A stretch of 64,000 bases of DNA from Nanobdellota archaeon (GCA_027334715.1 DAHWUG010000003.1:9485-73484); one strand, 5' to 3'. Counted from the first letter of the stretch, positions 9,055-18,797 are shown. Notes: generated from the sequence alone by a model not told the origin. Numbers and translations: made by a program.

Positions 9055-9657
9055 TTACTTCAGAATTTTTCCTGTTTCAAGATACCAGAGATAAAGGTCA
9101 AGTTCTCCAAGATTTGTATTTGTTTTTTTAGCAAGCTTGGACAAAATCTTCTCAATTTCAAGATACTTTTTAGGTGTTATTGCTTTTGGCTTCTCTATCA
9201 TCCTGTTTTTCACTAAAAAATCAACAATATGGAAGTCAATTATTGCATAATTCTTGAAGCCAACGTTCCTTAAAAAATGGCTCGCTTCCTTCATGCCTAA
9301 ACCCTTAATTTTATCGACAAGAACCTCACGAATATTGGGGCTTTTTATATTAATATTCCTGAATTTACTTCTTGCGTCATAAATATATTTTGCCCTGACT
9401 GTGTGAAAACGGTAAACTTCCTTAAGTTTTTTCTGAATTTGTTTTTCGTTTCCTGTGAAGATTGTGTTTCCCAGGTGATTTATAGTCCGCAATCCAAGGT
9501 CTGCGCTTGTGCCTGCAGTTAATATGCAGAAAACAAGCTCCCTGAAAAGGGAGTTAAAATCTCTTGGAACCATGGAAAATTCAACCATTCTTTTGCTGAC
9601 CTCCTTGCCTACATTGCTTTTTCTGAGCTGGGAAATAAGGTATGTTGTCTTCTGCAT
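9055..9657 (-). CDS. ogg: 8-oxoguanine DNA glycosylase/AP lyase
   Basis: ELVFCILTA, HhH IKGLGMKEASHFLRNVG, AIIDFHI, ELDLYLWY...GKILK. Confidence 0.93.
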   Translation of the reverse strand: MQKTTYLISQLRKSNVGKEVSKRMVEFSMVPRDFNSLFRELVFCILTAGTSADLGLRTINHLGNTIFTGNEKQIQKKLKEVYRFHTVRAKYIYDARSKFRNINIKSPNIREVLVDKIKGLGMKEASHFLRNVGFKNYAIIDFHIVDFLVKNRMIEKPKAITPKKYLEIEKILSKLAKKTNTNLGELDLYLWYLETGKILK

Positions 9658-9658
9658 T

Positions 9659-10270
9659 TTATTTTATGTTTTTTATTTTTTTAATAAGCTCGTCTTTCTG
9701 TCTTTTGCTTGTGTGAGTTTTCCCAAAACGAACCAGAGTTGAATTGACATGTCTCCAGTGATTTTGTGAAAACAGGGACTTTAAATCCTGCTCTATTTTT
9801 TCAGGCGCTTTGTTTTTCGTCCAGCCGACTTTTTGCGAGATGTATGAAACATGAGTATCAACACCTATTGAATCCTGGCCTATTTCAGACAAAAATACAT
9901 TGGCAGTTTTCCTTCCAACACCTGGAAGCTCGATAAGCTTTTCAAAATCATGGGGAACATTGCCATTATGGCCTGAAACAAGAGATTTAGCGCAGTTTAT
10001 TATATTTTTTGATTTGTTTTTATAAAAGTTTATTTGCTTAATTATTTTCTGGACATCTTTGATATTTGCATTTGCAAGTTTTTTAGGACTGGAGTATTTT
10101 CTAAACAGCTTTTCTGCAAAAGAAATTGTTATTTCGTCCCTTGTTCTGGCAGACATAATTGTGGAAATCAGGATTTCATAGTCATTTTTCCATGCCTCAG
10201 CCGCAAGGCGCATTTCTTTTCCGTGTTTCCTAAAAGCGTGCAATTGTTTTAATGCCCTTTTTGAATCCAT
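9659..10270 (-). CDS. nth: endonuclease III-family glycosylase lacking the Fe-S motif
   Basis: LISTIMSART, LPGVGRKTANVFL, VDTHV; no C-terminal Cys cluster. Confidence 0.9.
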   Translation of the reverse strand: MDSKRALKQLHAFRKHGKEMRLAAEAWKNDYEILISTIMSARTRDEITISFAEKLFRKYSSPKKLANANIKDVQKIIKQINFYKNKSKNIINCAKSLVSGHNGNVPHDFEKLIELPGVGRKTANVFLSEIGQDSIGVDTHVSYISQKVGWTKNKAPEKIEQDLKSLFSQNHWRHVNSTLVRFGKTHTSKRQKDELIKKIKNIK

Positions 10271-10319
10271 TTTAATGTATTTTCAATAGAATTTTAAATG
10301 GCTTGAATTTTTATAGTTT

Positions 10320-11033
10320 ATGAGTGTTCAGGATTTAATCTTGGAATTGAGGGCAAAAAGCGACCCTGAAAGAGCTAAGCTGCTGCAGAGATATTTCAAG
10401 ACAGGAAAGGGGGAATATGCAGAAGGTGATGTTTTCCTGGGAATTACCGTGCCAGAACAGAGAAAAATTGCAAAAAAACACTGGGAAAAAACAGATTTAA
10501 ATGAAATTCAAGAACTTTTGAGCAGCAAAGTTCATGAGTATAGATTCTTGGCATTGCTGATTTTATGTGAAAAATACAAAAAATTAAAGAAAGACAAGCA
10601 AAAGCAGCATGAAATTTTCGAATTTTACCTTAAAAACACGAAAAACATAAACAACTGGGACCTTGTTGATTTGTCTGCGCCAAGTATTGTCGGAGATTTT
10701 TCAATCAGAGACGGGCCTCATGTGATAAGATTTCTGGCAAAATCAAATAATTTGTGGGAAAAAAGGATTGCAATACTCGCAACTTTCGCGTTCATCAAAA
10801 AAAGGGATTTCGGAGAAAGCCTTTTTATTGCAGACACATTAATGAATGATGAAAATGACTTAATTCACAAGGCTGTTGGCTGGATGCTGAGAGAAGTTGG
10901 AAAGAAGAACAGTGAAGTTCTGGAGCTTTTCCTTTCAACAAGATACAAAAAAATGCCGAGAACAATGCTCCGCTATGCGATAGAAAAATTCCCTGAAGAA
11001 AAAAGAAAGAAATATCTTAAGGGAGAAATATAA
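10320..11033 (+). CDS. DNA alkylation repair protein (AlkD-like)
   Basis: YFKTGKGEYAEGD, NNWDLVD, KAVGWMLREVGK, MPRTMLRYAIE. Confidence 0.9.
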   Translation: MSVQDLILELRAKSDPERAKLLQRYFKTGKGEYAEGDVFLGITVPEQRKIAKKHWEKTDLNEIQELLSSKVHEYRFLALLILCEKYKKLKKDKQKQHEIFEFYLKNTKNINNWDLVDLSAPSIVGDFSIRDGPHVIRFLAKSNNLWEKRIAILATFAFIKKRDFGESLFIADTLMNDENDLIHKAVGWMLREVGKKNSEVLELFLSTRYKKMPRTMLRYAIEKFPEEKRKKYLKGEI

Positions 11034-11040
11034 AAATAAA

Positions 11041-11907
11041 ATGGAAAAAATTGACATTGAAAAAATAAAGAAAAAGAAAACAACAAAAGAACTTTTGGAA
11101 TTTGGAATAATAAATGTTGACAAGCCATCAGGACCAACAAGCTTTGATGTATCTGAATTTGTCATGAAATCCCTTGGATTGAGAAAGACAAGCCATTTTG
11201 GAACTTTAGATCCTAAGGTAACTGGTGTTCTGCCTGTTGCGCTTAACAGGGCATGCAAGCTTACCGGCTTTTTTCTCGGAGAAGACAAGGAATACATTGG
11301 AATAATGAGGATTCATGAAGATATTTCCCTGGAAGAGTTGAAAGAGGCAATTAATGAAAAATTTTTGGGAAAAATAACCCAGCTTCCTCCTGTAAAATCA
11401 AGAGTTGCCAGGATTCAAAGGGAAAGGGAGATAAAAAAATTTGATATACTTGAAAAAGACGGGCAAAATTATCTTTTTCATGTTGAATGCCAAGGCGGAA
11501 CTTACATAAGAAAGCTTATTCATGACCTTGGGGAAAATTTGGGAATTGGCGCGCATATGCTGGAATTAAGAAGGATCAGGGCAGGAATTTTCATTGAAGA
11601 AAAAAGCCACACGCTTTACGAAATTGAAGAGGCTATGAAAGATGAGAAAAAATTAAGGGAAATGATAATTCCGGGAGAAATTGTAAGCGAATTGTATCCT
11701 GTTGTCCAGATAAAAAAGGATGAAGTGGAAAAAATACTCAGAGGACAGCCCATTTATCTGGAAAATTTAAAGGAGAAAAGCAATTTTAATAAAGGAACTA
11801 AGATAAGTGTATTTTGCGATGATAGGTTTATAGGGGTTTATATGATACTATTAGAAAGCAGGATATTTGCAAAGCCTGAATTTGTTTTGCAGCCAATAGG
11901 AAAATGA
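11041..11907 (+). CDS. cbf5: RNA-guided pseudouridine synthase Cbf5/TruB
   Basis: DKPSGPTS, HFGTLDPKVTGVL, GTYIRKL; PUA-like C-terminus. Confidence 0.93.
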   Translation: MEKIDIEKIKKKKTTKELLEFGIINVDKPSGPTSFDVSEFVMKSLGLRKTSHFGTLDPKVTGVLPVALNRACKLTGFFLGEDKEYIGIMRIHEDISLEELKEAINEKFLGKITQLPPVKSRVARIQREREIKKFDILEKDGQNYLFHVECQGGTYIRKLIHDLGENLGIGAHMLELRRIRAGIFIEEKSHTLYEIEEAMKDEKKLREMIIPGEIVSELYPVVQIKKDEVEKILRGQPIYLENLKEKSNFNKGTKISVFCDDRFIGVYMILLESRIFAKPEFVLQPIGK

Positions 11908-12485
11908 GAACATTTGTATATTTTTCACAAAGCGCAAGAACATCCGGAAATTTTGATGTTAAAAATCTAATGGATGCGGGAAGGTTGGATATTGCAATGC
12001 ATGTAATAATAAACGCATTTTTTCTGTCCCATGCATTGAGAGATGATGTTGCTCTACATCTTGTCTTTTACGGAATGCCTGACCCTCCAAAGCATATTGA
12101 AATTCGCGTAACAAAGGAAACAAGCCTCAGCAAGAAAGACACTGCGACTTTGATTAAAAAAATACTTTATAAATACAGGCCTGGAAAGAAAACAGAGGCA
12201 ATGCCCGGCTGCTTTGTTGAAAAAAAGAGCTTTTTGCAGGTAATAGCTGAGCTTGAAAAAGAGGGAAAGAAGGTTTTTATTCTTGACAAAACAGGAGAAA
12301 ATATCAGAAAGGCAGACCTTACGGAAGAAAGCGTTTTTGTGATAGGGGATCAGGACGGGCTTCCAAAAAAAGAATTAAAAAGGCTGAAAAAAATAGCAAA
12401 GAAAATATCCATAGGTCCGAATGTCTATTTTGCCAGTCAGGTAGTCAGCGTGATAAATAATGAGATGGATATGAGAGGTGTGTAA
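11904..12485 (+). CDS. trmY: tRNA pseudouridine-54 N1-methyltransferase (SPOUT)
   Basis: GRLD, FFLSHALR, FVIGDQDG, ISIGP motifs. Confidence 0.85.
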   Translation: MRTFVYFSQSARTSGNFDVKNLMDAGRLDIAMHVIINAFFLSHALRDDVALHLVFYGMPDPPKHIEIRVTKETSLSKKDTATLIKKILYKYRPGKKTEAMPGCFVEKKSFLQVIAELEKEGKKVFILDKTGENIRKADLTEESVFVIGDQDGLPKKELKRLKKIAKKISIGPNVYFASQVVSVINNEMDMRGV

Positions 12486-12501
12486 AATCAGCTTAACAGA
12501 C

Positions 12502-12633
12502 CTATGAATATATCTTGCGTTTAGAATCGATTAGGTATTCTATCTCTTCTATTCTCACCCCCATCCTGTACAGTAGGAATATTTCTTCCTGAATGTCTTC
12601 AGGTACATCTGCAAGAACTGTTTTTTGTTTCAT
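12502..12633 (-). CDS. small hypothetical protein (43 aa)
   Basis: manual translation MKQKTVLADVPEDIQEEIFLLYRMGVRIEEIEYLIDSKRKIYS. Confidence 0.4.
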   Translation of the reverse strand: MKQKTVLADVPEDIQEEIFLLYRMGVRIEEIEYLIDSKRKIYS

Positions 12634-12851
12634 TATCACTTCTTTTATTGCCCCATAAAGGGGGCATGATTATGACTCCTCACGACATTTTCCGGAAGAA
12701 AATGTCGGGGGAGGTGAAAAGAGAGGTTGAATTTCTGATTATCTCAAGAAAGCCCCTTATAAATCAATTGTGAAGATTTTGTAGAGAAACGCTTTATAGT
12801 GGTATTTTTCATAAGCTTTTTAAATGAAAACCCTTTTTAAAGGGCATAAAT

Positions 12852-13604
12852 ATGGTCAAAATAGCACTGACTCCTGACTGGTTTCTCGGAAAAGATTTAA
12901 TAATCGATGTTTTCAGTTTTCTAGTGCTTGTCATATTCGCTTTTTTTGCTTACAAATCCTACAAGATGAGCAAAAACAAGGGAACATTCAGCTTAGGAAG
13001 AGGCTTGGGGTTCATTGCCCTTGCAGAGCTTGCAGACATTATGACAAAGCTCGTTCTTTATTATCACATCGGTCCAAGCAGGGCAATTGGAGAAGCACTT
13101 ATAACAAGCAATATTGTTGGTTCTGTTGATATCTTTTATTATGCGGGATTTTTCTTCTACAGATTTTTCATGCTTCTGGGACTTTATTTTATCTACAGAC
13201 TTCCTAAGAACAGGAAAAGATCTATTGAGGATTATATACTAATGTTTTACTTCATATTAATATCTGCATTTCTCAGCCAAGAATTCTTTTATATTTTTCA
13301 TGCAACAGCCTTGATTCTACTTGGCCTTATAATTGCAAGCTATATAAAAGTCTACAGGGAAAACAAATTTTTCAACACAAAGATTCTCATAGCAGGATTC
13401 AGCATACTCGCAGTCAGCCAGATGTTCTTCCTTTTCTCTGAAATTCCCATACTTTTCGCAATTGCAGATGTAGTAGAATTAATAAGCTATATTATATTCT
13501 TAGGTCTAATTATACGTATATGGAAACATGGAAAGGAAAAGAAGTCGAATGGAAATAATATCAGATATGCTGGGGATAGTTCAAGAAAGAGGCGGAAGCA
13601 TTAA
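12852..13604 (+). CDS. polytopic membrane protein (about 7 TM)
   Basis: repeated hydrophobic segments; overlaps the downstream wHTH gene. Confidence 0.8.
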   Translation: MVKIALTPDWFLGKDLIIDVFSFLVLVIFAFFAYKSYKMSKNKGTFSLGRGLGFIALAELADIMTKLVLYYHIGPSRAIGEALITSNIVGSVDIFYYAGFFFYRFFMLLGLYFIYRLPKNRKRSIEDYILMFYFILISAFLSQEFFYIFHATALILLGLIIASYIKVYRENKFFNTKILIAGFSILAVSQMFFLFSEIPILFAIADVVELISYIIFLGLIIRIWKHGKEKKSNGNNIRYAGDSSRKRRKH

Positions 13605-13800
13605 ACCAACACACCTGATGTACAAGGCTAATCTTTCTCACAGCCAGATGAAGCTTTATTTAGAAGATCTTACTGGAAAGGATCTTGTAAAAAAAGAGGA
13701 TACAAAGGCAGGCATGAGAATAGCGATAACGAAGCAGGGGCGTGAATTTCTTCTGAGATATAACCAAATGCGCGAATTTGAAAAGACATTCGGCCTTTAA
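13528..13800 (+). CDS. winged-helix transcriptional regulator
   Basis: [31 protein letters not shown]. Confidence 0.88.
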   Translation: MERKRSRMEIISDMLGIVQERGGSIKPTHLMYKANLSHSQMKLYLEDLTGKDLVKKEDTKAGMRIAITKQGREFLLRYNQMREFEKTFGL

Positions 13801-13849
13801 GCAAATCTATCAGATAAAACTTAATAAATCCTTTTTATCTTATTCTTTT

Positions 13850-14125
13850 ATGAAAAAATCCGTGCGAGTTTACATTGATGGAACTGTCCAGGGTATTTTT
13901 TACAGGGCGTTTGTAAAGGAAAATGCAGAGAAGGAAAATGTAAAGGGCTTTGTAAGAAATCTCGAAGATGGAAGAGTTGAAGTTTTTTTGGAGGGGGATA
14001 CTGAAGATGTTGACAAAATGGTAGAGCTTTGCAAAACAGGACCAAAGCATTCTGACATCAAGAAAGTTGAAGTAAAGCCGGAAAAATTCCAAGATTTTAA
14101 AACATTTAAAATACTGCATATCTAA
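13850..14125 (+). CDS. acyP: acylphosphatase
   Basis: GTVQGIFYR, GFVRNLEDGRVE motifs. Confidence 0.93.
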   Translation: MKKSVRVYIDGTVQGIFYRAFVKENAEKENVKGFVRNLEDGRVEVFLEGDTEDVDKMVELCKTGPKHSDIKKVEVKPEKFQDFKTFKILHI

Positions 14126-14135
14126 CTGTAATAAT

Positions 14136-15590
14136 ATGGGACGAGAAGAAGAAATAATAAAAGAGCGTGAAAGAAAAATAAAAGAGCTTAAGGAAAAAGG
14201 AATCAATCCTTATGCCCATAAATTTGACAAAAAGAATCTTGTGAAAGAATGCCTTGAGGCAAAAATGGGAGAAAAGGTCCAGACAGCAGGGAGAGTAATG
14301 ACAAAAAGGGAAATAGGAAAGATAACATTCTCTGACCTAATGGACTTCACAGGAAGAATACAACTTGTTTTTCAGGATGGGGAAACACCCGGCAAGGATT
14401 TTGATTTTTTCAGTAAGTATACTGATGTCGGCGACATAATAGGCGTTGAAGGAAAAATTGTCAAGACAAAAACAGGGCAGCATTCAATTCTTGTAAGGAA
14501 ATTGGAACTGCTTACAAAATCAATTGTTCCATTGCCTGACAAATGGCATGGATTGCAGGACAAGGAGGAAAGATACAGAAAAAGGTACCTTGACTTGATT
14601 ATGAATCCTGAAATAAGGAAGATTTTTGAGATAAGAAGGAAGATTTTTGACTATGTAAGGGAGTTCATGAAATCAAAGAATTTTTTTGAGGTTGAAACCC
14701 CTATTTTGCAGCCGATTTATGGAGGAACAAATGCAAGACCCTTTGGCTCAAAGCTTCATGCCCTTGACATGGAAATTTTCCTGAGAATATCCAATGAGCT
14801 TTACCTGAAAAGGCTTGTTGTCGGCGGATATGAAAGAGTTTTCGAGTTTTCTCCTGATTTCAGGAATGAAGGAATTGACAAATACCATAATCCTGAATTC
14901 ACGCAGGTTGAAACAATGTTCGCTTATGCAGATTACAATGACAATATGAAGTTTGCAGAAGATATGGTTTCATACATAGTTAAAAAGGTTCATGGAAAAA
15001 CAAAAATAAATGTGCATGGAAATGAAATAGATTTCAAGGCACCATGGAAAAAAATCAGTTTTATTGATGTTGTAAAATCAGAAACAAAGGTTGATTTCTC
15101 AAAAATCAAAGGCATTGGCGAGGCAAAAAAAGCTGCTGAAAAAATAGATGTTGACTGCAAGAAATGCGACACTGTTGGCGAGGTTATGATAAATGTTTTT
15201 GAAGAAAAAGTTCAGCCAAAGATAATCCAGCCAACGCTGGTTTATGATTATCCATTGGAAGCTGCAGGTCTGGCAAAGCACAATGAGAAAAAAAGTGGAT
15301 TTGTTGATTCATTTGAGATAATTGTGAATGGAATGGAGATTGGACTTTCCTACTGCGAGCAAAATGACCCTCACGTCCTTGAAAATTACTGGAAGTTTGC
15401 AGAGGAAAAATTCAAGAAAGGGGATTTTGAGGCACAGCCCATGGATCCTGACTTCATCAATGCGCTGAAAGTTGGAATGCCTCCAACTTCTGGACTGGGT
15501 ATGGGAATAGACCGGCTTGCAATACTCCTGACAAATTCGCCTTCAATAAGAGATGTCATCCTTTTCCCATTCATGAAACCGGAGAAATAA
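14136..15590 (+). CDS. lysS: lysine--tRNA ligase, class II
   Basis: OB fold; RYRKRYLDL, FRNEGID, HNPEFT, GLGMGIDRL, DVILFP. Confidence 0.97.
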   Translation: MGREEEIIKERERKIKELKEKGINPYAHKFDKKNLVKECLEAKMGEKVQTAGRVMTKREIGKITFSDLMDFTGRIQLVFQDGETPGKDFDFFSKYTDVGDIIGVEGKIVKTKTGQHSILVRKLELLTKSIVPLPDKWHGLQDKEERYRKRYLDLIMNPEIRKIFEIRRKIFDYVREFMKSKNFFEVETPILQPIYGGTNARPFGSKLHALDMEIFLRISNELYLKRLVVGGYERVFEFSPDFRNEGIDKYHNPEFTQVETMFAYADYNDNMKFAEDMVSYIVKKVHGKTKINVHGNEIDFKAPWKKISFIDVVKSETKVDFSKIKGIGEAKKAAEKIDVDCKKCDTVGEVMINVFEEKVQPKIIQPTLVYDYPLEAAGLAKHNEKKSGFVDSFEIIVNGMEIGLSYCEQNDPHVLENYWKFAEEKFKKGDFEAQPMDPDFINALKVGMPPTSGLGMGIDRLAILLTNSPSIRDVILFPFMKPEK

Positions 15591-15614
15591 GTATGGTTAC
15601 AAAAATAAACAACA

Positions 15615-16220
15615 CTCGGGCTAAAGCCCGAGGTATTAAAGACAAAAACAAAATGTTATCACAAAGAAATCCAAGGCTGAGAAGAAGTAATGTAGTGAGC
15701 AACAGCTTCGCTGGTTGTGTTTCCGACGCTGCGAAAGAATTTTCCAGGGCTCCAGAAATGCCCTCTTTGGAAATAATTTCTCAGCCAAGGATGCTTCTTC
15801 AGCAAGCAGAAAGCACTGTAACCTTTGAACAGCTGAAGGGCTTTGCTAACACTCATAGTTGTAGGCAGCTCAACGAACAAGTGAATGTGGTCAACAGCGA
15901 TGTGAAGCTCATAGATCTTGCAGCCTTCCCGATAAGCAACTTTTCTGATGAAGTACTCGCAATCCATTCTGATGCCATAGAACTTCATCGGGTCCATGGC
16001 GTATTTGCATTTCCACACAAAGTGAAAAGCATTTTGTCCAAAGCTATGACTGGAACTTTTCAAATCCATTTTTCATCTCCTAAGATAGCTCATGCTAAGT
16101 TTTTGTTTAATTCAGGAGGTCTAGAATCCAGACCTTCTGATTCTAGTCATTTCATAGAATTAAATTTGGGGGGCGGCGATTCCTCACCAGGCTTAAAAGC
16201 TTGGGTATCCTCGCCGCGGA
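15615..16220 (-). mobile_element. IS200/IS605-family element with tnpA only
   Basis: subterminal hairpins CTCGGGC-TAAA-GCCCGAG (15615-15632) and CCAGGCT-TAAA-AGCTTGG (16187-16204) flanking tnpA; exact ends uncertain. Confidence 0.8.
15659..16069 (-). CDS. tnpA: IS200/IS605 Y1 HUH transposase
   Basis: HFVWKCKY, HUH motif DHIHLF, KGYSA, HFWSPG, catalytic helix VAHYI. Confidence 0.92.
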   Translation of the reverse strand: MDLKSSSHSFGQNAFHFVWKCKYAMDPMKFYGIRMDCEYFIRKVAYREGCKIYELHIAVDHIHLFVELPTTMSVSKALQLFKGYSAFCLLKKHPWLRNYFQRGHFWSPGKFFRSVGNTTSEAVAHYITSSQPWISL

Positions 16221-16236
16221 TGTAATGAAAATAAGA

Positions 16237-16824
16237 ATGGAAAAACTGCCAATCACAAGAGCAAAAGCATGGAGTCTGATCAAAAAGCACAACACGCACA
16301 GCCCTGACCTTGTGCATTATCTTGAAAGCGAGGCTGTTATGAAGGAGTTGGCGCTGCATCTTGGCGAAGATTCAGAATATTGGGCAATGCTTGGCCTTTT
16401 GCATGATGTTGACTGGGGCATTACAAAGCATGATGTTTCAACACATCTGACAAAAATGCCTGAAATTCTCAGGAAAGAAGGATTTACAGAGTATTTTATT
16501 GAAACAATCTTAAGCCATGGCTATGGCTTTGAAGAATTGCCTGCTTTGGCAAGCAAGACAAGGACAGAAAAGATACAGCATGCTCTTGCAGCTAGCGAAA
16601 CAATAACCGGACTTGTTCATGCATATGCTTTAATGAGGGGAAACAAGATTTCTGACATGGAGCCTGCTGGCTTGAAAAAAAAGTTCAAGGACAGGGCATT
16701 TGCTGCAAAAATTTCAAGGGAGGTCATAAGGGAAATTGAACTTGTTGGCGTTTCTCTTGATGAATTTTTCAAGATTGCAATAGAAGGAATAAAAAAGATA
16801 AAAAGTGAGGTTGGTCTTGTATAA
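16237..16824 (+). CDS. HDIG/HD-domain phosphohydrolase
   Basis: GLLHDVD, ILSHG, GLKKKFKDRAFA. Confidence 0.88.
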   Translation: MEKLPITRAKAWSLIKKHNTHSPDLVHYLESEAVMKELALHLGEDSEYWAMLGLLHDVDWGITKHDVSTHLTKMPEILRKEGFTEYFIETILSHGYGFEELPALASKTRTEKIQHALAASETITGLVHAYALMRGNKISDMEPAGLKKKFKDRAFAAKISREVIREIELVGVSLDEFFKIAIEGIKKIKSEVGLV

Positions 16825-16834
16825 TTGACTTAAA

Positions 16835-17008
16835 ATGAAAATCATATCAAGAAAATCAGGGATAATCTTTGTTGCAGTAGGAATTCTTATGCAATTCCTC
16901 AACATCATAACTTATGGCTATTTGGGAATAGACATTGATATATTCGGAGCGCTAATATTCATTATAGGAGTAATCATAATGATTATTGGCTGGAAAAAGG
17001 TAAAATAA
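16835..17008 (+). CDS. small two-helix membrane protein (57 aa)
   Basis: manual translation MKIISRKSGIIFVAVGILMQFLNIITYGYLGIDIDIFGALIFIIGVIIMIIGWKKVK; tight spacing with neighbours. Confidence 0.65.
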   Translation: MKIISRKSGIIFVAVGILMQFLNIITYGYLGIDIDIFGALIFIIGVIIMIIGWKKVK

Positions 17009-17011
17009 AAA

Positions 17012-17197
17012 ATGGGGCTGATAATAAAATCAAATATAAGAAAATCTGTCAAGGATTTGGACAAGGAAAATGCAATTACAGGTGTTGCAGATGAAGTTGG
17101 CGCTGCTTTGGAAAGAAAAAATGAGGAAGTTTTGATGGACGCGATAAAAAGAGCAAAGGCAAACGGAAGAAAAACACTGCAGGCAAGAGATATTTAG
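17012..17197 (+). CDS. short histone-fold protein (DUF1931-like)
   Basis: long alpha2 helix ending AIKRAKANGRKTLQARDI (RxTxxxxD signature). Confidence 0.8.
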   Translation: MGLIIKSNIRKSVKDLDKENAITGVADEVGAALERKNEEVLMDAIKRAKANGRKTLQARDI

Positions 17198-17240
17198 CAT
17201 TTTTCGTTATATTTTTATAGTTCTCATATTTTTGTGAAGC

Positions 17241-17660
17241 ATGAAAAAAAAGAGAGAGAATTCTGAGAGGGGAAAGAAAAGCCGTGCATCTGGGGCAAGA
17301 TTTGAAATTAAAGTTAGGCAAGAACTTGAGAGTATGGGGTGGATTACTAGCAAATGGATGAATACTATTGACTATGAAAAAAACAAAATTGTTCCTGCAA
17401 AAAGAAAGTTCAACCCTTTCCTGAAAATCCTAGGTATGGGAACAGGATTTCCCGATTTTGTGTGTTTCCGAAGAAATTCAAATTCAAGCTACGAAATAAT
17501 CGGCGTTGAAGTAAAATCAAACGGATATCTTGATTCAATTGAAAGAGGAATGTGCGAGTGGCTGCTTGAAAATAAGATATTCAGCAGGATAAAAATAGCT
17601 AAAAAGGGAAAAAAGCCTGGTGAAGTTGAGTACATTGATTTCCAGGAAAAATACGGCTGA
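17241..17660 (+). CDS. PD-(D/E)XK nuclease, Holliday junction resolvase-like
   Basis: GARFEIKVRQELE, FPDFV, GVEVK. Confidence 0.75.
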   Translation: MKKKRENSERGKKSRASGARFEIKVRQELESMGWITSKWMNTIDYEKNKIVPAKRKFNPFLKILGMGTGFPDFVCFRRNSNSSYEIIGVEVKSNGYLDSIERGMCEWLLENKIFSRIKIAKKGKKPGEVEYIDFQEKYG

Positions 17661-17702
17661 AAATTTGTTAATGCAGTACAACAAATCTTATAACTTAATC
17701 GG

Positions 17703-18290
17703 ATGTGTAAAATTATGGCAAATGTTAGGGGTTTTTACATCTTAACAATTTTATTTATGCTGCTTTTTCCTGTTTTAACTTTCATTTCTGGTTCCTGTGA
17801 TTCAGAGCAAATTGACATAAATACTGCAAGTTTGTCAGAGCTTGACAAACTATCCGGAATAGGTCCTGCAAAAGCACAGGCAATAATTGATACAAGACCG
17901 TTTAGCTCTGTTGAAGACTTGATAAGAGTAAGAGGAATAGGAAATGTGACATTAAGCAGCATAAAATCACAGGGGCTTGCATGTGTTTCCAATGAAAAAA
18001 CAATAAGCAGCGAAGAAAATGTTAGTACAGAAAAAAACTCAAGCTTAAAAAATAGCCATGTTTCCACTGATAATACAACATTTTTAGCACAACCTTGCGC
18101 GCCTGAAAAAATTGAGCTTGAGACAATATATTTAAGCCCGCAAGCTATAAAAACCATTGAAAGCTCTGAAATTTCAGATAAGACAAACTATCCAATTTAT
18201 GAATTGATTTCATTTGGCACTGTGCTTGGAATTTTGTTTTTAATTAAAACACTCGCGAAAAGGAAAAAGGAAAGAAATGAGCTCCAGTGA
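17703..18290 (+). CDS. ComEA-like helix-hairpin-helix DNA-binding surface protein
   Basis: N-terminal TM; IDINTAS, LSGIGPAKAQAII, RPFSSVEDLIRVRGIG; C-terminal TM plus basic tail. Confidence 0.9.
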   Translation: MCKIMANVRGFYILTILFMLLFPVLTFISGSCDSEQIDINTASLSELDKLSGIGPAKAQAIIDTRPFSSVEDLIRVRGIGNVTLSSIKSQGLACVSNEKTISSEENVSTEKNSSLKNSHVSTDNTTFLAQPCAPEKIELETIYLSPQAIKTIESSEISDKTNYPIYELISFGTVLGILFLIKTLAKRKKERNELQ

Positions 18291-18777
18291 AGAAATAAAG
18301 GCAATGATGATTCTTGACATAATAGGTAGGCCTGCACAGCATCTAGTTGAAACTCTTGAAAAGATGATAGATGAGATGAAAACAGAGAAAGGGGTTAAGG
18401 TTGTTTCAAAAAATATAAAGGAGCCTGTGACAATGAAAGATAACAAGGAGTTCTTTGCGACTTTTGCTGAAATAGAACTGGAAGTTGAGGATATAATGAC
18501 TCTTACAGGACTGATGTTCAAGTATATGCCTGCGCATATTGAGGTAATCTCCCCTGAAAAAATAAACCTTGCAAACACGGGATGGAGCGAGGTTCTCAGC
18601 GAACTGATAAGGAGGCTTCATTCCTATGATGAGATGACAAGAATTATACAAATGGAAAATGCAAGGCTTGTGGGGGAATTGCAAAAAGCAAAGACGGGAA
18701 TTTATGTAAAAGAAATTCCTGAAAAGAATGGGGAAAATAAAAACACAGAAAAAAAATCTTCCAAAAGGAAAAAGTAA
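18277..18777 (+). CDS. conserved hypothetical protein
   Basis: 166-aa ORF (FATFAEIE, YMPAHIEVISP) overlapping the comEA stop. Confidence 0.75.
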   Translation: MSSSEEIKAMMILDIIGRPAQHLVETLEKMIDEMKTEKGVKVVSKNIKEPVTMKDNKEFFATFAEIELEVEDIMTLTGLMFKYMPAHIEVISPEKINLANTGWSEVLSELIRRLHSYDEMTRIIQMENARLVGELQKAKTGIYVKEIPEKNGENKNTEKKSSKRKK

Positions 18778-18797
18778 AGAGAATTAATTATCAAAGC

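Noticed and set aside
15593-16225. 210-aa plus-strand ORF spanning the IS200 element
   Set aside because: Antisense shadow of tnpA that runs through both terminal hairpins; no recognisable motifs
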